Source: a virus (taxonomy: Duplodnaviria > Caudoviricetes). From it: a stretch of 35,652 nucleotides of DNA. Shown piece by piece: positions 1 through 6,650 of the stretch (within the stretch, counting starts at the first letter, position 1; each line of letters opens with the position of its first letter). The stretch is taken from positions 1 through 35,652 of the IMG/VR virus record IMGVR_UViG_3300033067_000948. One strand, 5' to 3'. The notes under the pieces are model-generated. The model searched no databases, was not told where the DNA came from, and saw nothing but the letters and a program-made list of their open reading frames with translations. The translations under genes and the position numbers were made by a program.

Positions 1-232
1 TGAGAGTCGCGGGGTTGCGTCGCTAAAGTGAACTTACACCTACCTTTCCCAACCCCCCTCGCGCCGTCCCATATTTACCCGTCCGAGCATGCGCCTATTT
101 CAGCCCTGGCGTAAGTATTGACAAGTGGGGTCGATATACCCGTCGCGGAAGTGAATTTCCCCTCCCACAATCCGGGCCATTTGGCATGAAAAGTGCTTAG
201 TAACCCCCTGTCACGCTTGGTATAATACTTGC

Positions 233-261
233 TTGACAATCTGTAAGGTTTTCGATACAAT
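233..261 (+). promoter_or_regulatory. sigma70-type promoter for the sigma-factor cassette
   Basis: TTGACA (233-238), 17-nt spacer, TACAAT (256-261), followed by AAGGAG and ATG at 278. An extended -10 (TGgTATAAT, 218-226) lies just upstream. Confidence 0.8.
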
Positions 262-277
262 GTGTAAGGAGTAGACG

Positions 278-442
278 ATGAGCCTGATTAAATACTACCT
301 GAAGTTCCAAGCTGTTACCGCCGGCTGCTCACTGCTGATAGGCATCACAGATCCGACCTGGTACCTATTCTACCTAATCATGGGAGTGCCTACCGCCCTA
401 TGCAAACATCGCAAGCACACTACCGCCTCTATACGCTACTAG
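278..442 (+). CDS. small hydrophobic (putative membrane) protein, 54 aa, not in the ORF track
   Basis: AAGGAG Shine-Dalgarno before ATG278; MSLIKYYLKFQAVTAGCSLLIGITDPTWYLFYLIMGVPTALCKHRKHTTASIRY; TAG at 440-442; first ORF after the promoter. Confidence 0.6.
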   Translation: MSLIKYYLKFQAVTAGCSLLIGITDPTWYLFYLIMGVPTALCKHRKHTTASIRY

Positions 443-642
443 CCCTCGGCCGCGTACCCGGCGCTGAGCGGCGAGCTGAGCGCGTCTTCATGCATTTGCC
501 CACTGCTGCCACACACTTAGCTACCTCGACCGCGCGACTGAAGAGTTACATCCAAGAAGGCATCGACGCCGCCATCTTCTACGACCTAAAAAAACGCCAT
601 AAAATCTGGTCATTTAGCATAACCCTACCCAAGGTCGACTAA
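400..642 (+). CDS. hypothetical protein, 80 aa
   Basis: Fills the gap between the 278 ORF and the sigma gene on the same strand; no recognisable motif. Confidence 0.5.
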   Translation: MQTSQAHYRLYTLLALGRVPGAERRAERVFMHLPTAATHLATSTARLKSYIQEGIDAAIFYDLKKRHKIWSFSITLPKVD

Positions 643-669
643 CCTACTGTAATCAAAGGAGTACTGCCA

Positions 670-1236
670 ATGCGCCGCCAACTGTCTAAAGATGAGACGA
701 CTGTCGTGCAAAGTGTCATCGCCGCCAACCTACGCCGCTGGCGCAACCTGGGGCCGCAGGAATGCGAAGACATGGCAGCCATGGCCTGGGTGACCGTCCT
801 CGAACGTCTGCCTCGCCATGATCCAGCGCGCGCCTCCCTCCGCACTTTCGCCGACTTGGCCGTAAAGTCTGCCTTCATGGACTGGTACAGGAAGTATCAC
901 AAGCCTCGCAATTCCAGTAAAGAGGAATCAGTCGAGCACTTCAACAACTACGTGAAATACTCGCTTTACGCCGAAGGTGCCGATAAGCTTACGGCAGAGG
1001 AGCGCCTGGATCTTTACGCTGCGCTCTCGCACCTGGATGGTCGCGACGCCGACATCGTGGGCTACTACCTCGAAGGTATGCTGCTTAAAGAGATAGGCCG
1101 CCTCTTTGACATCAGCGAGTCGCGCGTCAGCCAAGTGTTTGGCGAAATCATAGACGGCCTCAAGAGGAGACGTAATGCAAATCTCACGGAAGCAGAAAAT
1201 AGCCAAGGCGAAATTCTGGCAGCGCATCGCCAATAA
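670..1236 (+). CDS. phage-encoded sigma70-family RNA polymerase sigma factor, FliA/WhiG (sigma28)-like, shortened
   Basis: AAGGAG SD. Region 2-like EDMAAMAWVTVLERLPRHDPARASLRTFADLAVKSAFMDWYRK; region 4 HTH LKEIGRLFDISESRVSQV, close to the FliA LKEIGxxLGVSESRVSQI motif. Confidence 0.85.
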   Translation: MRRQLSKDETTVVQSVIAANLRRWRNLGPQECEDMAAMAWVTVLERLPRHDPARASLRTFADLAVKSAFMDWYRKYHKPRNSSKEESVEHFNNYVKYSLYAEGADKLTAEERLDLYAALSHLDGRDADIVGYYLEGMLLKEIGRLFDISESRVSQVFGEIIDGLKRRRNANLTEAENSQGEILAAHRQ

Positions 1237-1627
1237 CCAGGGCCTGGTTGCCGAAGAGATGGATGACGCAGAGATCGCCCGCGTGGCCGGATCCGTCGAT
1301 ATCCAGCTGGCCCTCAAAAACGCCGAGTTTCGCACCTGGTTCCTGGATGCTGACGCCAATAAGGCCCTCATCGAGGCCGGCGTAGACAGCGCCATTCGCC
1401 GTTTGATTGACATTGTGGAGATGAGCGGCTCTGACCTGATCGGCAAAGACGCAGAAGCCAAGACGTCCGACCAAGTGCGTGCCGCCGAAATGTTACTGAG
1501 ATTCGCTGGTTACGGCCCAACTAAAGATCAACCGGGTTCTCTCGGCAAGGATCTAGACAAGATGTCCGCCGCCGAACTGGATTCTTTCATTGCTTCAAAG
1601 TCTAAGAAGCTTAAACTGCAGCAGTAA
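1175..1627 (+). CDS. putative terminase small subunit-like helical protein
   Basis: 150 aa, helical. AIRRLIDIV...QVRAAEMLLRFAGYGP followed by DLDKMSAAELD resembles TerS-like C-terminal halves; family not confirmed. Overlaps the sigma gene by 62 nt. Confidence 0.4.
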   Translation: MQISRKQKIAKAKFWQRIANNQGLVAEEMDDAEIARVAGSVDIQLALKNAEFRTWFLDADANKALIEAGVDSAIRRLIDIVEMSGSDLIGKDAEAKTSDQVRAAEMLLRFAGYGPTKDQPGSLGKDLDKMSAAELDSFIASKSKKLKLQQ

Positions 1628-1645
1628 GTAGCCAGCCGCGGCCCT

Positions 1646-1685
1646 GGATATTAGGTATTGACATCCAGCGCAGTACCTGATATTC
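1646..1685 (+). other. 15-bp RNA hairpin in the 3' region of the sigma/TerS-like transcript
   Basis: GGATATTAGGTATTG (1646-1660) pairs fully with CAGTACCTGATATTC (1671-1685), using three G-U pairs that work only on the + strand. Confidence 0.5.
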
Positions 1686-1799
1686 TGATAGATCGGCGCA
1701 AAACGGTGGACCCAACTGAATATTCCCTCCGGCTAGCATCCCGTGCGCTAGCATCGGGGATAGACTACGCCTCGACTATCGTCTTTTTCTTATGCCCTT

Positions 1800-1828
1800 T
1801 TTATAGCATATCCGCAAGCAAAAGTCAA
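1800..1828 (-). promoter_or_regulatory. leftward sigma70-type promoter with no downstream - strand ORF
   Basis: On the - strand: TTGACT, 17 nt, TATAAA with TGc extension. Confidence 0.55.
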
Positions 1829-1862
1829 CAATTTATTTTTGACAAATTGATATGACAGTTTC

Positions 1863-1892
1863 TTGACACTTATGACAAGTTTGTGGTAGGAT
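1863..1892 (+). promoter_or_regulatory. rightward sigma70-type promoter directly upstream of the candidate ncRNA
   Basis: TTGACA (1863-1868), 18 nt, extended -10 TGgTAGGAT (1884-1892); predicted start about A1899. Confidence 0.65.
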
Positions 1893-1898
1893 TGTATC

Positions 1899-1994
1899 AG
1901 CAGTCGCGGTCGCAAGACCCAGCGAGAAACTGGAGATGTGGGTGGAAGTCCCTCGGGCACCCGGGCCCTCGTTTAAGAGGCCGCGACCGCTACC
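1899..1994 (+). ncRNA. candidate ~95-nt multi-branched, partly tRNA-like non-coding RNA
   Basis: 1899-1909 pairs with 1981-1991 (10 of 11 bp), enclosing GGTC-GCAA-GACC, CCAG-CGAGAAA-CTGG, GTGGG-TGGAAGT-CCCTC and CCTC-GTTTAA-GAGG; GC-rich island between AT-rich flanks; starts at a predicted transcription start. Confidence 0.5.
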
Positions 1995-2060
1995 TGATTT
2001 AATGCTTATAATGAATTTAATGATATTATGTATTTATACCCACCCACCCGATCCCTATAT

Positions 2061-2089
2061 AAAATAGCAGGTCCGCAGCGGAATTGCAA
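2061..2089 (-). promoter_or_regulatory. second leftward promoter-like element, related in sequence to 1800-1828
   Basis: On the - strand: TTGCAA, 17 nt, TATTTT with TGc extension; shares ATAGCAnnTCCGCA with the 1800-1828 element. Confidence 0.35.
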
Positions 2090-2124
2090 GCAAAATCCAT
2101 GCCAGTCATGTTTTGGATTGGATG

Positions 2125-2132
2125 GCCGATAA
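2125..2132 (+). promoter_or_regulatory. possible sigma28-type -10 element upstream of the long structural operon
   Basis: Exact GCCGATAA about 50 nt before ATG2184; the canonical TAAA -35 is absent (TCAT at that spacing). Confidence 0.3.
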
Positions 2133-2183
2133 AATGAAGATGCTTCACGCAGCTACCACTACCTCAAATCGAGGAATATCAAT

Positions 2184-2549
2184 ATGTTACCTAAGCACGT
2201 GACAATACTAGGCGAAAACTTTAACATACTGCGCCCACACGACCTGCAGCTGGATGGTGAAGACGTGCACGGCACGTATGACTATGGCACGCGAACTATA
2301 TGTGTTAAGGACGGCCTGGATGAGCGGGAGGCTGTGTCCACCTTGATCCACGAAATGACGCATGCCTGGCTGGATGCCAGCTCTATCTCTAGCCTGCTCA
2401 GCTTGTCTGACGAACAGGAAGAAGGCCTAGTACTCGCCCTTGAGCGCCAGTTTATGCCGGTCGTGGCCAGCGTTCTGGGATCTGACCTGCTGGCTCCCAA
2501 GAGCCCCAAGAAGCGCGCAGCAAAGACGAAGCGAAAGGGTCGCAAATGA
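2184..2549 (+). CDS. HExxH zinc metallopeptidase-like protein (ImmA/IrrE-like phage family)
   Basis: GTYDYGTRTICV...STLIHEMTHAWL...EEGLVLALE; GAGG SD; basic C-terminal tail. Confidence 0.75.
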   Translation: MLPKHVTILGENFNILRPHDLQLDGEDVHGTYDYGTRTICVKDGLDEREAVSTLIHEMTHAWLDASSISSLLSLSDEQEEGLVLALERQFMPVVASVLGSDLLAPKSPKKRAAKTKRKGRK

Positions 2550-2836
2550 GATACGAGCTGGAACTTTACACTAACGATATGTCGACAAAAACCGAAAAAA
2601 TCGAGGTAGAGGGCACAGCCGTATCTGCCCTGGATACTAGCGACGGTGCCATGTTCATGGTGCTTGGCTCAAAGGGCGCGGTGGTCTACGTTACAGCTAT
2701 GCATCGCGTTAAGTCGATGCGAGCAATAGGCAAACAATCTAAGCAAAAGGCGAAGTTATATGCCATGGTTGGACGAGATGAAAAAGAAGCTCCTAGGGGA
2801 CGAAGAGCCGCTCAAGGAAAGACTGGCGCGCAGTGA
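2546..2836 (+). CDS. hypothetical protein, 96 aa
   Basis: ATGA overlap with the upstream stop codon. Confidence 0.6.
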   Translation: MRYELELYTNDMSTKTEKIEVEGTAVSALDTSDGAMFMVLGSKGAVVYVTAMHRVKSMRAIGKQSKQKAKLYAMVGRDEKEAPRGRRAAQGKTGAQ

Positions 2837-3122
2837 GAAAGAGAAGCCGCGCGGCTCGGAACTTGTGGGCCCCGGCCCAGTGCCGCCTTTCCGCACAATG
2901 AAGGAAAAGGCCAAGGCCGAGATTGACACCCGCGTGGCTGCTTACAAAGACTTAGAAGACCGCCCCGCGATGACGCGCGAAAAGTTCAAGCAAACGCTTG
3001 AGCTGGCAAAGAAGGGTAGCAAGGAGGCCAAGTCGCTGCTTGACCGTTTGCAAGTGGACGAGGTTGAAAAGAAAGACGCCGACAAGGTGTACAATACCTA
3101 TTTTAAAATGAAGGATAAGTGA
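2760..3122 (+). CDS. hypothetical charged helical protein, 120 aa
   Basis: Co-oriented ORF abutting the next gene; K/E-rich. Confidence 0.6.
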   Translation: MPWLDEMKKKLLGDEEPLKERLARSEKEKPRGSELVGPGPVPPFRTMKEKAKAEIDTRVAAYKDLEDRPAMTREKFKQTLELAKKGSKEAKSLLDRLQVDEVEKKDADKVYNTYFKMKDK

Positions 3123-3123
3123 T

Positions 3124-3423
3124 ATGCTCGGTCACGTACAAAAGATAGTGTTTCAGTCAGCTACGCCAAATACCAGCGCCGGTTTCATCCTGCCTGGTGA
3201 TTCCAAAGCCTTTGGCGGCTCTGTGTACATGCCGGGCGCTACGGCAGCCAAGCTAGAATATTCTATTGATAATGGAGCTACCTGGATTGGTCCGGCCGTA
3301 GCTCTGACCGCTGCTGCCTCCGGCTTCTTCACATGGGCCCCGACTTACTTCACAATGCCCTACGCTCGCGTAGTTGCAACGGCGGGCACAGCCACTGACT
3401 GCCGCGTTTACGTCGTCGAGTAA
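3124..3423 (+). CDS. small beta-sandwich virion-type protein
   Basis: KLEYSIDNGATW...PYARVVA pattern, also seen in the N-terminal domain of 5494-6648; AAGGA SD. Confidence 0.6.
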   Translation: MLGHVQKIVFQSATPNTSAGFILPGDSKAFGGSVYMPGATAAKLEYSIDNGATWIGPAVALTAAASGFFTWAPTYFTMPYARVVATAGTATDCRVYVVE

Positions 3424-4064
3424 TGGCTGGCTTAAAAACCCACATCGTTCAGGAAGGGCAGACCATCAGCGTGCAGGATGGGGCTCTGCTTGGTGCTGGG
3501 ACCAAAGAAAGCACGGCCGTGGCCCAGTCCGATACGGTGCTGGTATCCGTCTTTGTGCGCTCCCTCAGCGGCACAGTAAAGGTGGATGTTTACACGTTTG
3601 CGCAAGAAGGTGACGTCAAGATAATTGACTTCCCTCTGATAAACGCCCCCACTGCCAACCTGATTATGAAGCAAGCGGCCGGCACGCTGTCGAACGTGCG
3701 CGTGGTTATCCAGCACAGCGACGACTGCGACCTCATTGTTTCGCTAAAAGGCTCATCTAGCGGCACATCAAGCACCGTTCTGCTGAGTCCAACGCAGGCC
3801 ACCGCTTATAGCGTCACAGCTACCACCACGCCCGCCGCCGTGATCCCAGCCAGTACTCAAGACCGGCAAGGTCTAATATTTATGAATTATGGAGTTGGGC
3901 CGATATTGTATGTTGGGTTTACCGCAACCGAGGCCACCGTGGCCCAAGGCTGGCCACTACCCATGGGGGCGTCGATAGCCATAGATCTGGGCGCCGGGCA
4001 AGCTGTATGGGCAGCAACCAGTTCCGGAACGGTAGACATTAGAATCATGGAGTCTGGCAGCTAA
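3423..4064 (+). CDS. two-domain beta-rich putative head decoration/spike protein
   Basis: TAATG coupling; C-terminal domain RQGLIFMNYG...LYVG...GWPLPMG...SGTVDIRIME aligns with the C-terminus of 4420-5211. Confidence 0.65.
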   Translation: MAGLKTHIVQEGQTISVQDGALLGAGTKESTAVAQSDTVLVSVFVRSLSGTVKVDVYTFAQEGDVKIIDFPLINAPTANLIMKQAAGTLSNVRVVIQHSDDCDLIVSLKGSSSGTSSTVLLSPTQATAYSVTATTTPAAVIPASTQDRQGLIFMNYGVGPILYVGFTATEATVAQGWPLPMGASIAIDLGAGQAVWAATSSGTVDIRIMESGS

Positions 4065-4073
4065 GGCGGTGGC

Positions 4074-4403
4074 ATGAGTACGTTTTCTTCATCGTCTGGA
4101 AATAACATACAGGTGTCGCCGTCCGGGTCAACAAACCCAACGGTGCAGAATATCCCAATGGCCACGGCAGGAACAGAGTACTCGGCGGTTCTGCCTACCG
4201 GCACCACGCAGTTCGAGATCCGGTCGCGGATGTATGGCAAGCTGCAGTTCTCGTATACCAGCGGACAAAGCGGCACTGTATTTAGAACTCTACCGCAAGG
4301 CTGCGCCTACTCAGAAGGCGGCCTACTACTGAACGCGCCGCTGGATATTTATGTTCAAAGCACCAAAGACAACGACGTACTTGAGGTCGTGTCCTGGGTA
4401 TAA
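4074..4403 (+). CDS. small beta-rich putative virion protein
   Basis: 109 aa, S/T/G-rich; strand pattern resembles the neighbouring domains. Confidence 0.6.
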   Translation: MSTFSSSSGNNIQVSPSGSTNPTVQNIPMATAGTEYSAVLPTGTTQFEIRSRMYGKLQFSYTSGQSGTVFRTLPQGCAYSEGGLLLNAPLDIYVQSTKDNDVLEVVSWV

Positions 4404-4419
4404 TCACTAGGAGGTATTC

Positions 4420-5211
4420 ATGGTAGGTAAGGAAAGACTTGTGTTCGATCCGGCCAATGCAAGCGAAGGCGACAAGATTGCCGGCTACTTGTATGGCGCG
4501 GGCGGCACGCTCATCACATCGACGACAGTCGGTCCGGATGAAGGTCTTGACGTTAATGTCCTGAACACTATCACCGTGCAAGCGACCAACCTGGACATCC
4601 GGGATTTGTCGCATACACAGGATAGCGTAAAGGTCGGCGACGGCACAGACTTCTTGGCTGTTAACGCAGACGGATCCATCAACATCACAGACAACGGCGG
4701 GTCCATCACGGTCGATGGTACCGTGGCCGCCACGCAGTCTGGCTCTTGGACTGTTGCTGCTACCCAAAGCGGCACCTGGACCATTGACAGTATCACTAAC
4801 CCAGTGACTGTCACTGCAACCAACCTTGACATTCGCGACTTGTCTCACACACAGGACAGTATTAAGATTGGTGACGGCACCGATTTCCTCGCCATCAACG
4901 CCGACGGGTCTATCAATACCGTCAGCACTGGCGACCCCGCACTGGCAAATACCGCGCTTGCTGCCTCAGCAACCAGCGTTACCACGTCGGCCACTAACTT
5001 GGTCGCGTCTGCGTTGTCTGGCCGCAAGTACCTGTTTGTGCAGAACCTCGGTAACCGCTCGATCTACCTCGGTGGATCCGGCGTAACCACCTCGGCCGGC
5101 TTCCGCCTCAGCCCAGGCGCAGCCCTGGATGCTCGTATTGGCGCTGCTGTGTCGCTCTACGCGATCACAGACTCTGGCACACAAGACGTGCGTAACCTGG
5201 AACTCAGCTAA
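4420..5211 (+). CDS. putative abundant head fibre/spike protein with internal repeats
   Basis: Strong AGGAGGT SD, own downstream terminator, duplicated 34-aa repeat, C-terminal RKYLFVQNLG...IYLG...GFRLSPG domain. Confidence 0.7.
   Translation: MVGKERLVFDPANASEGDKIAGYLYGAGGTLITSTTVGPDEGLDVNVLNTITVQATNLDIRDLSHTQDSVKVGDGTDFLAVNADGSINITDNGGSITVDGTVAATQSGSWTVAATQSGTWTIDSITNPVTVTATNLDIRDLSHTQDSIKIGDGTDFLAINADGSINTVSTGDPALANTALAASATSVTTSATNLVASALSGRKYLFVQNLGNRSIYLGGSGVTTSAGFRLSPGAALDARIGAAVSLYAITDSGTQDVRNLELS
4582..4917 (+). repeat. intragenic duplication of a 34-codon unit (4582-4683 and 4816-4917)
   Basis: ATNLDIRDLSHTQDSVKVGDGTDFLAVNADGSIN vs ATNLDIRDLSHTQDSIKIGDGTDFLAINADGSIN; two TVAATQSG(S/T)W units lie between them. 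Confidence 0.95.
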
Positions 5212-5219
5212 GTTTAACG

Positions 5220-5238
5220 AGGGGCTTCGGCCCCTTTT
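5220..5238 (+). terminator. intrinsic terminator
   Basis: GGGGC-TTCG-GCCCC followed by TTTT, just after the 4420-5211 stop. Confidence 0.8.
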
Positions 5239-5253
5239 CAAAGGAGCATGTAT

Positions 5254-5490
5254 ATGAATCAGAATTTTACGCAGGCAGACTTTGATTTTACACAAGAATT
5301 TGCCAAGTTTATCCTCAACCGCATGCACGTCAAAGACGCCTCGGTCAAGGACATGATTGACTTCAATAAGATGCTGATTAGGTACAACGACCTGAGTCGC
5401 AAGATTGAGGCCAATATTCTGGAGCTAGGCAAAGTGGTCGAAGCTCCAAAGAAAGCTAAGGCGTCCAAGGCTGCCGCGCCACAGGGGTAA
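5254..5490 (+). CDS. small helical/coiled-coil protein
   Basis: AAGGAG (5241-5246) favours ATG5254 over ATG5248. Confidence 0.65.
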   Translation: MNQNFTQADFDFTQEFAKFILNRMHVKDASVKDMIDFNKMLIRYNDLSRKIEANILELGKVVEAPKKAKASKAAAPQG

Positions 5491-5493
5491 TCC

Positions 5494-6648
5494 ATGGGTG
5501 TTTCCTACGAAGACATTTATGACGTAGTTTCCACAAATAACAGCTCTACCGCAGCTATCGGCGCGGGGGCAACATTTACCGGCGCGGCTGACGATGTAAG
5601 CCAGATGTCGTCCGCAATTATCATGCTGTTCGCCAACCAGAATACCACCCTGGTTATTTCACAAAGCCGCGACGGGTCTTCGTGGGATGTATCAGACACC
5701 TTTACTGTTCCTTCGTCGTCAGGTCAAAGTTTCACAGTATCTGCAGTTAGTCAGTTTTTGAGAGTGGCGGTCACGAACACTAGCGGGTCTACTGCCACAA
5801 CAGTAAGATTGCAGACCATATATAGCACCACGCCGCAAAGTATCGTTCGCGCCACAGGACAACAAGTCGCCGCTGGGTCTGTGCCTGTAGTGCTGGCCAC
5901 CGACCAATCAACAATACCGGTCAATGTATTATCCACTCCATCACCTTCGCCTGAAGATTCAGGGTTTGAGTTTGGGCAGATAACCTTGGCGGCCACTACG
6001 GAAGTTCTTCTGCGTAAAGCCACGTATACTGAACAAACATCTGATGCGCAGAGAAGTATAGTCTCTAGTAGTGCTAATGACGCATCTGCCGGAACAGGTG
6101 TACGAACTGTAAAGATCGTCTACTTTACAGCAACAGGAACCGGGCCGTTTGAGGAGACCGTTACTCTGAACGGTACAACGGCTGTGAACACAGTATCGTC
6201 TACGATCTGCTATATTGATAAGATGATAGCAGTTACAGTAGGGTCGGGCGGCGCTGCTGCCGGAAACATTACCGTGCGATCGGTAACAGGTGGTGGCGGC
6301 GTTGTGATAAAACAGATCAGCACCGGAGACTTACAAAGCTTTGACGCTGTGCATTATGTGGCCACCGGAAAAACCTTATATATTACAGGCCTCAGCACAG
6401 GCCACAATGGTACAACGGTGGGCTCAGGTGCGCGGTATAGAATACGCAAGCGAACTTTAAACTTAGCAAATCAGCCGTTGCTGCAAGTATCAGACTTTGT
6501 GCGACTGTACGGTCAATCATCAACCAATACGCGCATTTATCAATCGCCTATTATAGTTGTTGGACCGGCTAAAGTCGAACTGTGGGTAGCGCCGGAAACC
6601 TCAACGTCTACCATTTATTACGGTAGCTTTGATTACTTCACGAGGTAA
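5494..6648 (+). CDS. multi-domain S/T-rich putative virion surface (spike/fibre) protein
   Basis: N-terminal ISQSRDGSSW...FLRVAVTN domain, SVPVVLATDQ linker, C-terminal VSSSANDASAGTGVRTVKI...EETVTLNGTTAV domain typical of phage structural hypothetical proteins. Confidence 0.65.
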   Translation: MGVSYEDIYDVVSTNNSSTAAIGAGATFTGAADDVSQMSSAIIMLFANQNTTLVISQSRDGSSWDVSDTFTVPSSSGQSFTVSAVSQFLRVAVTNTSGSTATTVRLQTIYSTTPQSIVRATGQQVAAGSVPVVLATDQSTIPVNVLSTPSPSPEDSGFEFGQITLAATTEVLLRKATYTEQTSDAQRSIVSSSANDASAGTGVRTVKIVYFTATGTGPFEETVTLNGTTAVNTVSSTICYIDKMIAVTVGSGGAAAGNITVRSVTGGGGVVIKQISTGDLQSFDAVHYVATGKTLYITGLSTGHNGTTVGSGARYRIRKRTLNLANQPLLQVSDFVRLYGQSSTNTRIYQSPIIVVGPAKVELWVAPETSTSTIYYGSFDYFTR

Positions 6649-6650
6649 CA

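Noticed and set aside
1-230. C-rich tracts at the window start as a cos/pac site
   Set aside because: Only suggestive composition; termini cannot be identified without read data or upstream sequence.
979-986. Other GCCGATAA copies (979 and 15331) as sigma28 promoters
   Set aside because: Both lie inside coding regions without a -35; they also show that this 8-mer arises by chance, which tempers the 2125 call.
1628-1795. Self-cleaving ribozyme (HDV-like, twister, pistol, hammerhead)
   Set aside because: Partial resemblances (GCATCCCGTGC, GAGGG) did not extend to the required helices or catalytic cores on manual inspection.
1658-1855. 65-aa ORF in the intergenic region
   Set aside because: TTG start, overlaps hairpins and promoters, and the translation is not protein-like.
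1899-1994. Canonical tRNA gene
   Set aside because: No TTC in the T-like loop, no conserved D-loop GG or U33, and extra hairpins separate the T-like arm from the closing stem.
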